DNA of 64,000 nucleotides from assembly GCA_965140775.1 (NCBI GenBank), contig OZ223471.1, positions 3,042,198 through 3,106,197 on the forward strand, read 5' to 3'. The notes beneath the pieces were generated by a model that saw nothing but the letters and a program-made list of their open reading frames with translations, did no database searches and was not told the origin of the DNA. The position numbers and the translations under genes were made by a program. Origin of the DNA: Bacteroidales bacterium. Its GTDB lineage: Bacteria > Bacteroidota > Bacteroidia > Bacteroidales > F082. Shown here in pieces: positions 1 through 9,160 of this stretch. Every line of letters starts with the position of its first letter. Position 1 is the stretch's first letter.

Positions 1-618
1 GGCCACGAAAAACATGATCATTTGCAACAACACCGTCATAAGTCCGGGAACCAGGTAGTATAAATAATTGTAGATGGGATTAAACAGCGGTTTGGAGTTC
101 ACGCTGATGGGCATGGACAGGTTAAACGCCTGTTTGGGGGTAAGTCCCTGCGCCACCAGCTTCTGCATGGAAACCCCGGTAGAGAGCGTTGCCCCGATGA
201 GCATGGCATCACGCTGAAGCACATTGCCATACACGATGTTGGAAGAATTGGTCAGCACCTGAAAAGTGGCTTGTTCGCCCCGCATGATGGTCTGTTGAAA
301 GCCTTTGGGAATGACGTAAACAGCCTTTTCGGGATGGTTCAGAAAGAAGGTTTCCAGATCATCGCCCGAATCGAGATAGTAAGTTACCTGCATATCCGGA
401 GAGCTGTTGACATATTGACCCAACAATCGGGAAAGTTCGGTATGGTCCTGATCGGCAATGGCCACCGACACCTTACGTAAAGCTCCGGCCTGATAGATAA
501 AGGCCAGCAGCACAAAGGTAACAGCAGGAATCCACAACAGCAATATACGTGCAGATTTGCTTTCGCTGATGATCCGCAGTTCGCGGTCGGCTACCTTGAT
601 GAATCCCGGTGTTTTCAA
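1..618 (-). CDS. ABC-2 type transporter permease, N-terminal part only (gene runs off the window start)
   Basis: The minus-strand frame is open from position 1 up to an in-frame TAA at 646-648. The translation (...LKTPGFIKVADRELRIISESKSARILLLWIPAVTFVLLAFIYQAGALRKVSVAIADQDH...FNPIYNYLYYLVPGLMTVLLQMIMFFVA) shows an N-terminal TM helix followed by a large loop, as in ABC-2 permeases encoded after HlyD/TolC genes. There is no ATG; TTG at 618-616 is the most upstream plausible start. The ORF is absent from the track because it lacks a stop inside the window. Confidence 0.55.
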   Translation of the reverse strand, partial: MKTPGFIKVADRELRIISESKSARILLLWIPAVTFVLLAFIYQAGALRKVSVAIADQDHTELSRLLGQYVNSSPDMQVTYYLDSGDDLETFFLNHPEKAVYVIPKGFQQTIMRGEQATFQVLTNSSNIVYGNVLQRDAMLIGATLSTGVSMQKLVAQGLTPKQAFNLSMPISVNSKPLFNPIYNYLYYLVPGLMTVLLQMIMFFVA

Positions 619-699
619 AATCTGATGGTATCTATTGGTGAGGCTTTATCTTTGTAAACATAGTTATTCGGCTACCGGCAGCATTTGCTTTTTCATTAG

Positions 700-1167
700 T
701 TACTCGTCGGTATTCTCGTTGTTCAGTCCCAGAATCTCTTCTATTATTTTTTCCGAAACCCTAAAATTCGTCAATAAAGGTTTATCGAGTAAGGGCTTGA
801 CCTTTTCTACCAACCCTTTTTGTTTAGCTTTAACAATTATTCCAAGTGCACCCGTTACCTTCAGATTCAATCTATTGGCAAGCTTTCTTGCTCTTAAGTC
901 ATCCAAAATTAGCAACACATCTTCATATTCCTTTGCCAATGCAATTGCACTTGCTTCTCCCCGGTCAACTTGAGTTTCTACGAATTCCTGATATTTTTTG
1001 TCGGAAGCAGCTTCAATTTTTATCCAATGAGGAAGCTTTTCACCATATTCTTCAGCAATTTCGGGAGTTGTTAGCAGGTCTCCATAGACCTTATTCAACA
1101 AATCGAATTCTTCAATTTTTTGGAAAATTATTAGCGTACATGTATCTGAAATTACTACCTTATGCAT
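700..1167 (-). CDS. DUF3368-type PIN-like putative toxin (COG2405-like)
   Basis: 155-aa ORF with an ATG start. It overlaps the upstream small ORF by 8 nt. The size and the sequence MHKVVISDTCTLIIF...GEASAIALAKE...LLILDDLRARK resemble the PIN-like partner of UPF0175 antitoxins (recognised from memory). Confidence 0.6.
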   Translation of the reverse strand: MHKVVISDTCTLIIFQKIEEFDLLNKVYGDLLTTPEIAEEYGEKLPHWIKIEAASDKKYQEFVETQVDRGEASAIALAKEYEDVLLILDDLRARKLANRLNLKVTGALGIIVKAKQKGLVEKVKPLLDKPLLTNFRVSEKIIEEILGLNNENTDE

Positions 1168-1387
1168 TTGTAATATCTAAATGAAGGTCATTGATCGATG
1201 TACTAAAAACGGAAACTCCATATATTCCCATCACTTCAATAAAGGCACGCTTTGAAAGTCCAACCATTTCTGCCGCTTGACCTGAAGACAGCTTTCCTTC
1301 CTCATAAAGTTTGGCAGCTATCATCATCGAAAAATCATAGTCACTTATATCTACGCTATCGGGTAAATTTATTTGTATAGTCCTCAT
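1160..1387 (-). CDS. UPF0175-family putative antitoxin (COG2886-like)
   Basis: 75-aa ORF immediately upstream of, and overlapping, the PIN-like ORF. The motif KLYEEGKLSSGQAAEMVGLSKRAFIEVMG is typical of the UPF0175 HTH-like family. Confidence 0.6.
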   Translation of the reverse strand: MRTIQINLPDSVDISDYDFSMMIAAKLYEEGKLSSGQAAEMVGLSKRAFIEVMGIYGVSVFSTSINDLHLDITNA

Positions 1388-1457
1388 TTTTTACATTTTA
1401 TTACAAAGATACATATTTAGATTTCAAAGCCCTTTGAATAACATGGCTTATTTCGGG

Positions 1458-2441
1458 CTATGGAAGTTGCACCTGAACCGTCATGCCGGGATGCAAACCA
1501 TCAACAGGATTGACAGGAACCAGACGTACTTCAAAGGTTTTCAGGTCGAATTCGCCCTTGGCTTGGGTGGGTACCCAGGTGGCAAAGTCGGCCATGACGG
1601 CCAGGTAACTCACCCTGAATTCCAGTTCTTTACCGGCCAATCCGGGGACTTTTCCTTTGAGGATGGTTCCTTTTTTAAAGAAATCCAATTTATCCTCACG
1701 CACATTCAATACGGCATAAATTTTTTCGGGAATCATGATGGTGAGGATGGGATATCCGGCACCCATCACCTCTCCTTCCTCGGAAATTTTGGCACTTATA
1801 TCGCCCGAAACGGGTGCGATCAATTCCAACTGCTCGTAGTAAGCCATGGCCTCCTCGTACATTCCTTTGGCTGCCTCCACTTCGCCTTTCACTATCTGCA
1901 CATCCTCGTGGGTGGCACCGGTTTTAGCCATATCGTAAATTGCCTTAGCGGCTTCCATCTCGTTTTTGGCGGCAGTATATTTAAACTCCATTTCGTCCAT
2001 TTCCTGACGGGAAATGATGCTGTCGGCATACAACATCTGAAATCGTTTGTAGGTTTTTTCGGCAAATTCAAACTGACTTCGGGCCATCTTATACTGATTG
2101 CCGGCGGCTTCAATTTCTTCCTTACGAGCTCCTTGTTTTACCCTTTCGAGCATGGACTCGGCAGCATATTTCACCCCTTTGGCCTGCCCCACTTTGGCAT
2201 CCATGATATTGGCTTCAAGGGTAGCGAGCACCTGTCCCTTTTCTACGTGATCGCCCAGTTCCACCATGATTTCATCTATCCTTCCGGGAATTTCAGAAGC
2301 CACATTTACCGTGGTAGTCTCGAACATGCCTACAATGATGTTCTCAGGTTTTTCGTTGTGACGGATGATTAAAAAAACCACGGCCACCAGTATTACTACG
2401 ATGGGAATGGCCAATGCAATCACACTTTTATTGATCTTCAT
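1458..2441 (-). CDS. HlyD-family membrane fusion (periplasmic adaptor) protein
   Basis: 327 aa with an N-terminal TM helix (VIALAIPIVVILVAVVFLII), a coiled-coil middle region and a beta-barrel C-terminus. It lies 10 nt downstream of the TolC-like gene. Confidence 0.85.
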   Translation of the reverse strand: MKINKSVIALAIPIVVILVAVVFLIIRHNEKPENIIVGMFETTTVNVASEIPGRIDEIMVELGDHVEKGQVLATLEANIMDAKVGQAKGVKYAAESMLERVKQGARKEEIEAAGNQYKMARSQFEFAEKTYKRFQMLYADSIISRQEMDEMEFKYTAAKNEMEAAKAIYDMAKTGATHEDVQIVKGEVEAAKGMYEEAMAYYEQLELIAPVSGDISAKISEEGEVMGAGYPILTIMIPEKIYAVLNVREDKLDFFKKGTILKGKVPGLAGKELEFRVSYLAVMADFATWVPTQAKGEFDLKTFEVRLVPVNPVDGLHPGMTVQVQLP

Positions 2442-2451
2442 GACAGCGATA

Positions 2452-3915
2452 TTAATTATTCAAAAGGGTTACAGCTTTATCGGGATTTCCGGTGGCCAGA
2501 TACAGATCGGCCAAGGCAATGTAATAATCGTACAGGGATTTCAGTCGTTCAACCACCATACCTTCGTATAGCAGGCGGGCATCAATCACATCGATGGATT
2601 TGGACAAGCCCTCCTGAAAACGTTTTTCATTGATTTCCAGATTTTTGGAAGCCAAATCAACGGTGGGTTTCATCTTTACATAGCGCTCCTCTTTGTTCAG
2701 CACTTCTAAATATGATTTATTTACCCACAACTCCACCTGACTGGTTGCGTACTGCTGAGCAGCCTCCACTTCACGGCTCAGGTATTCGGTGGCTTTCAGG
2801 TTGTTGAACTTTTTCAACCCGTGAAAAAGGTTTACTTTGGCCTGAATGCCGATCATGGCAGGAGGCATGATGATGGGATATTCTTCTCTGAACCAGCCAT
2901 ATTCGCCCCAGGCAGCCACTTGCGGCAGAAACTCGCTGATATCCAACGCATGTTGTTGATCCACCATCACCTTTTTCTGCTCAATCATCTTAAATATGGG
3001 CTGACTGTTTCGGGCCTCGGTTTCGAGGGCAGACAACTCCAGTGGATGCATTTTGTATTCAAACTTGTCGGTGGTTTGTATTTGATAGGATTGGTTGAGT
3101 CCCAGACTGGTTTTTAAGGCCATGCGCGCAAGAGCCAGTTTGTTCTCATCATCTGCCAGGTCGCGCTCGGCATTGGCAACAGCCACCTGTGCGCGCAAAA
3201 GTTCGTGGGCGGGGATAACCCCGATTTCAATGGCCCTCTCTGCTTGCTTCTGATGCTTTTTCATGCCGGCAAGCACTTCTTTGCGGGTGACGATCACCTG
3301 TTCCAAAAGTACCACGCCATAATACCGTTCGATGGTTTCGCGGATAATTTCATTGCTCACCTGTGTCAGGTCCTGATTGGCATATTCCAGTTCTGCGGCG
3401 GCAAAACGCTTTCCGGCAATAATTTTTCCGCCAAGGAAAATGGGTTGTAAAGCCATCACATTCAGGCTGGGATACTGTTGTTGGTCTATTACCACATTGT
3501 AAGCCGGCACCTTGCCCGCGGCATCCACTACCGTTTGATACACCTGCGCCTGCACCTCGGGCGACAGCCCCAGCTGTTCGGCTACCCCTGCCCCATATTT
3601 TCCGGCAATGTCATCAATGGAACCCTTTACCTGCGACATATTTACCTCCGGATTGGCAGTCATGTAGGTATAACCCCCGGCCAAATCAATGGAAGGAAGG
3701 AAATTGCCTACGGCAGCTTTGTTCAGGTAATTTTTCTGCTGAACCACTTGCTGGTATTGCTTTATCCGGCTGTTGTTGTGAAGGGCGCTGTCAACAGCCG
3801 AGCGCAGGTTGAGTTGCAACACTTGCTGACTTTTGGCCGGATTCGTCCCAAAAAGCAAGGCCGCCACCAACAAAATTGGGAATAATTGATTAGTCATCAA
3901 AGGTTTATGTTTCAT
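2452..3915 (-). CDS. TolC-family outer membrane efflux protein
   Basis: About 487 aa with a signal peptide and the two-repeat coiled-coil architecture typical of TolC. The ATG at 3915 sits one codon inside the GTG-started track ORF. Confidence 0.85.
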   Translation of the reverse strand: MKHKPLMTNQLFPILLVAALLFGTNPAKSQQVLQLNLRSAVDSALHNNSRIKQYQQVVQQKNYLNKAAVGNFLPSIDLAGGYTYMTANPEVNMSQVKGSIDDIAGKYGAGVAEQLGLSPEVQAQVYQTVVDAAGKVPAYNVVIDQQQYPSLNVMALQPIFLGGKIIAGKRFAAAELEYANQDLTQVSNEIIRETIERYYGVVLLEQVIVTRKEVLAGMKKHQKQAERAIEIGVIPAHELLRAQVAVANAERDLADDENKLALARMALKTSLGLNQSYQIQTTDKFEYKMHPLELSALETEARNSQPIFKMIEQKKVMVDQQHALDISEFLPQVAAWGEYGWFREEYPIIMPPAMIGIQAKVNLFHGLKKFNNLKATEYLSREVEAAQQYATSQVELWVNKSYLEVLNKEERYVKMKPTVDLASKNLEINEKRFQEGLSKSIDVIDARLLYEGMVVERLKSLYDYYIALADLYLATGNPDKAVTLLNN

Positions 3916-4047
3916 CACCTGGAATTTTTCATTAATCAGAAAGCTCCATTGGGGCTATTGGTACAAATATAATCAAATTGAACAACCATAGGTATGCCAT
4001 GTGCTGCAAGTCCTATCATGTTAAAACAAAATTATCATAAAAACAGT

Positions 4048-4782
4048 TTAGCTATTGCCCGGAGGATGCGCCAGAAAATAATATTCCTTCGACTGCAGGT
4101 AGTGTTGTGTAAAAACTTCGAGCGTAAGTGGCGGACTTTGGCTGATCCAACCTTCAAGATTGGAAATTTGCAGTCCACATTCCTCCACCAACAACTGATA
4201 GATCATTTCGGGAGTGGTTTGGTAATAGTCGCTGGCACCCAAACCAAATTCAAATACCACGAATGGTTTGTCTTTTTTCAGGATGGATTTGGCTCCACGC
4301 AGCACCCCGTATTCGGCACCTTCCACATCTATTTTGATGAATTTCACCACCTGATTTTCGGGCACGAGGTGATCGAGGAGGTCGAGTTTTACGTTGATTT
4401 CTTCAATTTCGGGATGCTTAACGTCGTAACGCCGCTTCATGATACCGCTGTACGCAGGAGCATTTTTTACGTAGTTGAAAGTAGTGGTTCCTTTTTTGTC
4501 GCTCAAAGCACACGAAAAAAGATGAATGTTATCCTGAGTATATTTAGTTTTGAGTTGGGCAAACATCGCCGGAATGGGTTCAAATGCGTAATGTTGTCCG
4601 TTGGGGGCGTATTTCAGCATCAAATCGAGCATCTCCCCCTTGTGACAGCCCACATCCACACAACTCGAGTCGTCAGCTATAACCTTTTCCATGATCCGGG
4701 TGGTTAGTCGATCGTACTTGAGGTTCTTTGTCAGATCAAGACCCAGGGCGGTGAGTGTGTTTCGAATGATACGCTTTAACAT
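4048..4782 (-). CDS. FkbM-family SAM-dependent methyltransferase
   Basis: Motifs VDVGCHKGE, YAFEP, IKIDVEGAE and VFEF match FkbM-type methyltransferases. The ATG at 4782 is preferred over the TTG at 4791. Confidence 0.7.
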   Translation of the reverse strand: MLKRIIRNTLTALGLDLTKNLKYDRLTTRIMEKVIADDSSCVDVGCHKGEMLDLMLKYAPNGQHYAFEPIPAMFAQLKTKYTQDNIHLFSCALSDKKGTTTFNYVKNAPAYSGIMKRRYDVKHPEIEEINVKLDLLDHLVPENQVVKFIKIDVEGAEYGVLRGAKSILKKDKPFVVFEFGLGASDYYQTTPEMIYQLLVEECGLQISNLEGWISQSPPLTLEVFTQHYLQSKEYYFLAHPPGNS

Positions 4783-4846
4783 GCAATTCAACTTAGGGCA
4801 GCATTATTATGCCTACATTTGATTTTGTAAAAAATGCAAAAGTAAT

Positions 4847-5449
4847 ATGTTTAAAAGACTTTGGAGGGGCCTGATGAATTATTTTTTCAAAGGCCTGTTG
4901 TTATTGGCTCCCATCACGGTTACAATTTGGGCCATTGTGGCCATTTTCGATTTTGTGGATGGCCTGTTGCGTGAGCTGATTGTGGATATAACCGGTCGGG
5001 CGCTCCCCGGGTTGGGGTTCATCGCAGTCATTTTCATGATTCTTCTGATCGGATTGCTGGGGTCCACCATTGTTTTTAACCCCATCATCACCTATTTTGA
5101 TGGGTTGATGGCCAAAGCACCGATCATTAAAATTGTCTATACTTCGGTAAAAGACCTGGTTTCGGCCTTTGTGGGACAGAAAAAAAGGTTTACCGAACCG
5201 GTACTCGTGCAGATAGGTGCATCGTCGAATTTGCAAAAGGTAGGCTTCATTACCAACAAAGACTTAAAGTATTTGGGTATGCCCAATGAAAAAGTAGCCG
5301 TATATTTGCCCCACTCGTATGCATGGTCAGGAAATCTGTTCATCGTGTCAATGGAGTATATTCAGCCCTTAAATGCCAGCCCCACAGATGTCATGAAGTT
5401 TGTGATTTCGGCAGGAGTAAGCAATCTGGATGGCGACAACAGCGAATAA
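4847..5449 (+). CDS. DUF502-family membrane protein
   Basis: 200 aa with two N-terminal TM helices and the motif GLLLLAPITVTIW...PGLGFIAVIF. The layout is typical of DUF502. Confidence 0.65.
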   Translation: MFKRLWRGLMNYFFKGLLLLAPITVTIWAIVAIFDFVDGLLRELIVDITGRALPGLGFIAVIFMILLIGLLGSTIVFNPIITYFDGLMAKAPIIKIVYTSVKDLVSAFVGQKKRFTEPVLVQIGASSNLQKVGFITNKDLKYLGMPNEKVAVYLPHSYAWSGNLFIVSMEYIQPLNASPTDVMKFVISAGVSNLDGDNSE

Positions 5450-5501
5450 CACCCTGAGCTTCAACAGGAAAATATTTTATCAAAATAAAAAAAAGACATC
5501 T

Positions 5502-6263
5502 ATGACGAAACCAACCATATTGATTTCCAACGACGATGGTGCCGGAGCCAAAGGACTTAGAAGACTGATTGCCACCATGCGAAAATTGGGAAATGTGGTG
5601 GTGATTGTTTCCGAAGGCCCCATGTCGGGCATGGGACATGCCGTTACCATGCAGCAACCCTTGCGGGCACGATTGGTAGCAGACGAAGCCGGATACAAGG
5701 AATACATCACCAACGGAACTCCGGTGGACAACATTAAAATGGGCAAACACCTGTTGTTGGACAGAGCACCTGATCTGGTGGTAAGTGGCATCAACCATGG
5801 CTCCAATGCGGCCATTAATGTGATATACTCGGGAACCATGGGCGCTGTGCTCGAAGCCGCCATCGACGGTATTCCGGCCATAGGTTTTTCGCTCGACGAC
5901 TATGGAACCCATGCCCGTTTCGATCATTGCGATGAACTGGTGGAAAAAATCACCCGAAAAGTACTTGATCAGGGACTTCCCAAAGGCGTATGTTTAAACG
6001 TCAACTTTCCCAAATATACAGAAGAAGGACCACGGGGAGCCAAAATGTGCAGGCAGGCTCAAGCCCGATGGATAGAGGATTTTGAAGAACGTATCGACCC
6101 CTATGGCCGAAATTATTATTGGATGGGTGGTCGTTTTGAAAATGGTGATGGTCGTCCGGAAACAGATTTAAAGGCACTTTCGGAAAATTACGCATCCGTT
6201 GTGCCTACCCAATTTGATTTTACTGCCCATCAATATGTTACCGAATTAAATTTAGGCCTATGA
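5502..6263 (+). CDS. surE: 5'/3'-nucleotidase SurE
   Basis: The translation MTKPTILISNDDGAGAKGL...SGINHGSNAAINVIYSGTMGAVLEA carries the hallmark SurE N-terminal DDG and GIN.G.N motifs. The start is set at the internal ATG at 5502, which removes the overlap with DUF502. Confidence 0.9.
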   Translation: MTKPTILISNDDGAGAKGLRRLIATMRKLGNVVVIVSEGPMSGMGHAVTMQQPLRARLVADEAGYKEYITNGTPVDNIKMGKHLLLDRAPDLVVSGINHGSNAAINVIYSGTMGAVLEAAIDGIPAIGFSLDDYGTHARFDHCDELVEKITRKVLDQGLPKGVCLNVNFPKYTEEGPRGAKMCRQAQARWIEDFEERIDPYGRNYYWMGGRFENGDGRPETDLKALSENYASVVPTQFDFTAHQYVTELNLGL

Positions 6264-6556
6264 GACCAGGATTGATGAAACGTGATTGCTTTTTTGTGGG
6301 TATGGGCATGGGGATCGTGCTACCGGCCCTGCTTTTAGCCATACTGTTGGGCTTGGACTGGCTTCTGATGACCACGTTCAACACCCAGCTTACCCGCCAC
6401 ATGCACTACCTCTACCTGTTGAGCATGGCCGCCAACCTGCTCCCCCTGCGCTATTACCTGGCCAAACTAAACTACGAAAAAACAGGCATGGGCTTACTGC
6501 TGATGACCATCGCAGGTGTAATCGGTTATTTCTATTTGTTTGGGGTGGGAGAATAA
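6260..6556 (+). CDS. small hydrophobic membrane protein (3 predicted TM helices)
   Basis: 98-aa ORF whose ATG overlaps the surE stop as ATGA. The product is strongly hydrophobic. Confidence 0.5.
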   Translation: MRPGLMKRDCFFVGMGMGIVLPALLLAILLGLDWLLMTTFNTQLTRHMHYLYLLSMAANLLPLRYYLAKLNYEKTGMGLLLMTIAGVIGYFYLFGVGE

Positions 6557-6576
6557 AAAAACCATATCTTTGGCCG

Positions 6577-6969
6577 ATGATTTCTAAGAAAGAAAATATA
6601 ACTGATTTTTTTGGCACCGCCATTTTTTTGGTATTGTTCTCTCTTTTTGTGGGCTGTTACACACATAGCCCTGAGCCAACCATCCGTAAAGATGTAAAAA
6701 TTAGCATGACCGCAGGTTTGCAAACAAATCAAACTGCGCTAAATAATTTTCAACAGATCAACTGTCAGCATTCACTGATTCCGTTGCTTGATAAATCGTA
6801 CATAAGACTTACAAATCAAGATAACCGACATCAAAGTGACAACCTCAAAAACAATCAACAGTTTTCTTCTCAAAAAAAAGTAGAGAACAGAATTGCCCCT
6901 CAAATACATTTGAGGCAGTTCCGCCAGCCACTACATTACACTTCCGAAGACATCACTTTTTTAAGTTAA
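6577..6969 (+). CDS. hypothetical protein, possible lipoprotein (LFVGC), Q/N-rich
   Basis: This is the internal ATG of the 6286-6969 track ORF. The upstream part of that ORF overlaps 6260-6556 in another frame. There is no recognisable family. Confidence 0.3.
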   Translation: MISKKENITDFFGTAIFLVLFSLFVGCYTHSPEPTIRKDVKISMTAGLQTNQTALNNFQQINCQHSLIPLLDKSYIRLTNQDNRHQSDNLKNNQQFSSQKKVENRIAPQIHLRQFRQPLHYTSEDITFLS

Positions 6970-7042
6970 ATCACCTTTTTTTATTACCGATACTGCTTTC
7001 ACCCGAAAGCAGGTAATTTTTTTAACTTAAAATTTTATAACA

Positions 7043-7900
7043 ATGAAAACAATATTATACGCAATGATTGCCATCATGATTTTTGGCATTGTTGCAACCG
7101 GTTTAACCATCAAATCGAATAAAAACCAAGTTATTATCCTCCAGTCAGCGGAAAACCCAACCTCTGCCAGTCAACTTTCGCAATCTGCTGAAATCATCCG
7201 GCAACGGTTGGTAACATTTGGAACCAAAGATTCCAAAGTAGCTGTAATACGCGATAAAAATCAAATAGCGATAACGCTTCTCGACCCACAGGACATAGAA
7301 TTGATTAAGCTATTGGTAACCCAAAAGGGAAGGCTGGAATTTTTTGAAACCTATATACGTGAAGAGGTGGTTGGTACATTTGTTTCCGACAGTGTATTGA
7401 CCACCTACATGGAAACTCCGGTGACATCTCCATCATCCTCTAATTTGGGATGCTCTACGGCTCCAAAAGCACAGAAGCTGAATTCCTTACTTAACCCGGG
7501 CAAAAATCCAAGAGTGAAATTTATGTGGACTAACTTTTTTGGACATTCCGAGAACTGTCTTTTCGCATTGAAAATAAATCTTCCAAATTCGGGGATAATT
7601 ACAGGTTCAGACATCGAGAATTTTGAAGTAAAACACGAGAAAAACTCGAATGTAAACTTCCTGGAGTTTCATTTCAAGAAGTCAGCAGTAAATCGTTGGG
7701 CAGAGATTACGCGTGATAATATTAATCGATCCATCGCGATGGTTCTCGATAACAATATCGTTTCTGCCCCCTTGGTTCAATCACAAATCAATGGAGGAAA
7801 TTGTCAGATTACAGGCGATTTTACACCACAAGAAGTTCTGTACCTCGCTGCGGTTGGCAACAGTAGCGAATTGCCTTTGTCGCTCGTATTGGTGAAGTAA
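7043..7900 (+). CDS. membrane-anchored protein resembling the SecD periplasmic P1-head region, without the SecD/F transmembrane core
   Basis: The product has a single N-terminal TM helix. The segments GRLEFFETY and RSIAMVLDNNIVSAPLVQSQINGGNCQITGDFTPQEVLYLAAVGNSSELPL parallel conserved SecD segments (NLEFWETY; SIAIVLDG.V.SAP.V...I.GG..QITGNFT..EA..LA..L..G.LP). Confidence 0.55.
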   Translation: MKTILYAMIAIMIFGIVATGLTIKSNKNQVIILQSAENPTSASQLSQSAEIIRQRLVTFGTKDSKVAVIRDKNQIAITLLDPQDIELIKLLVTQKGRLEFFETYIREEVVGTFVSDSVLTTYMETPVTSPSSSNLGCSTAPKAQKLNSLLNPGKNPRVKFMWTNFFGHSENCLFALKINLPNSGIITGSDIENFEVKHEKNSNVNFLEFHFKKSAVNRWAEITRDNINRSIAMVLDNNIVSAPLVQSQINGGNCQITGDFTPQEVLYLAAVGNSSELPLSLVLVK

Positions 7901-7907
7901 AAACCCA

Positions 7908-7938
7908 CCCCTGACAGGGTTTCGACCCCTGTCAGGGG
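7908..7938. terminator. perfect 12-bp hairpin between convergent genes
   Basis: The sequence is CCCCTGACAGGG-tttcgac-CCCTGTCAGGGG. On the minus strand it is followed by TGGGTTTTT. It lies between the stops at 7900 (+) and 7949 (-). Confidence 0.55.
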
Positions 7939-7948
7939 TAATTTATCC

Positions 7949-9136
7949 CTACTCCTTCTTCCTCACATAGGTCAACTTCTCTACGGGACTCCAGTTTTTG
8001 GCTGCATCGTACGATTCGTGGATGCTAAGCACCAAACTGTCGTTGGTGATGCGATTCCATTCGTATTTCGACAATGGAATGGCTGCCAGCGTATCTGCCG
8101 GATGAGCAGCATGGTTGTCAAACACAAAAGAACGGTCGTTAAGTGCTCCTGAAAAAACCTCGATGTCGGAATTGAAGGCGTCGTAAACTGTGATACGATA
8201 ATTGTCGTCGGGCGAATAATAACTGTAATGAATCAGCTTGTTACGCACAAATACATTGTTGTATCTGATTTCCTCTTTAAGCAGATTGGTGGATTGGAAA
8301 TCAATATTTGAGGTTGTTCGGTCGATTAAATACCAACGATTTGCACGGGCATACCACATTTCAACATTTACATTCCAATTTCCTTGCAAAAAGGCCAATC
8401 GACTCATCTCCACACTTCGGGGCATCACAAACCAAGAGGTATCTACGGGAACATTCAACTCGACTTGTTCTATTTGCAGTATTCGGTCGCGTTGCGAAAA
8501 TGTTCGTTCGATGAAGAAGGGTATCACCAGTCCGTCAACTTCACGGAAATCGTCGAAATAGGATTCTGCCGGTGTCCTGTAAGCGAAATCCACCCAATTG
8601 GATTCGCTCTTCAGCTCCAGATAGGTTTGGGCGTCGAGGTACCAGGTTTCGGTTCTGCGGTTGGGTCGGGTAACCTTCAGAACAAACACTTCCACGCCGT
8701 CCAGGTCATCTTTTCCAACCAATTCCACGTTAATACCCCTTTCCTTGTAATGATAAAAGGGTGTAAAAAATTCGGCTTTTTGATAAAACACATTTTGTTC
8801 CGCACTGTTTAACTCCCTGGGGAAGGTAAATTCCTGCCAAGGGTCTATGGTCCAACCCTTTTCGCCGTCAAAGGCTTCTTCTACATGGTATTTACCCAAT
8901 TCCAACTGACTGTAATAACTTCCATTTTTCGTTTTATAGGCATACCAATCCTCTTCCACGCTAAAAGCAGTGAAGCGTCCCGTAATTTTCATTGATTCGA
9001 TGGCATCCCACTTTTCGGCTCCGCCATGTGCTTCAATATGTTTGGAGATAATTTCGTCTAATTCCTGTGCCTTCGCCAGTAAACCGACCGTGGTTAGCAT
9101 AACCGTCAGCACCATCTGATATAATATACGTTTCAT
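7949..9136 (-). CDS. secreted protein with LolA-like (lipoprotein-sorting-like) N-terminal half
   Basis: 395 aa with a signal peptide. The N-terminal sequence DEIISKHIEAHGGAEKWDAIESMKITGRF...FDGEKGWTIDPW...ELVGKDDLDGVEVFVLKV matches a common Bacteroidota LolA-fold family (from memory). Confidence 0.5.
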   Translation of the reverse strand: MKRILYQMVLTVMLTTVGLLAKAQELDEIISKHIEAHGGAEKWDAIESMKITGRFTAFSVEEDWYAYKTKNGSYYSQLELGKYHVEEAFDGEKGWTIDPWQEFTFPRELNSAEQNVFYQKAEFFTPFYHYKERGINVELVGKDDLDGVEVFVLKVTRPNRRTETWYLDAQTYLELKSESNWVDFAYRTPAESYFDDFREVDGLVIPFFIERTFSQRDRILQIEQVELNVPVDTSWFVMPRSVEMSRLAFLQGNWNVNVEMWYARANRWYLIDRTTSNIDFQSTNLLKEEIRYNNVFVRNKLIHYSYYSPDDNYRITVYDAFNSDIEVFSGALNDRSFVFDNHAAHPADTLAAIPLSKYEWNRITNDSLVLSIHESYDAAKNWSPVEKLTYVRKKE

Positions 9137-9160
9137 AATAATCCGGTTTTGTGTTGATGA

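Noticed and set aside
1434-2372. 312-aa plus-strand ORF (TTG start) opposite the HlyD gene. Similar antisense ORFs lie at 3994-4707, 29544-30383 and 57341-58117.
   Set aside because: - Each lies entirely inside a well-supported minus-strand gene with clear family motifs.
- The translations are low complexity (H/F/G-rich) with no recognisable domains.
6286-6576. The 5' part of the 227-aa track ORF 6286-6969.
   Set aside because: - It overlaps the hydrophobic 98-aa ORF (6260-6556) in another frame and translates to Pro/Ala/His-rich low-complexity sequence.
- Only the portion downstream of ATG 6577 is retained, at low confidence.
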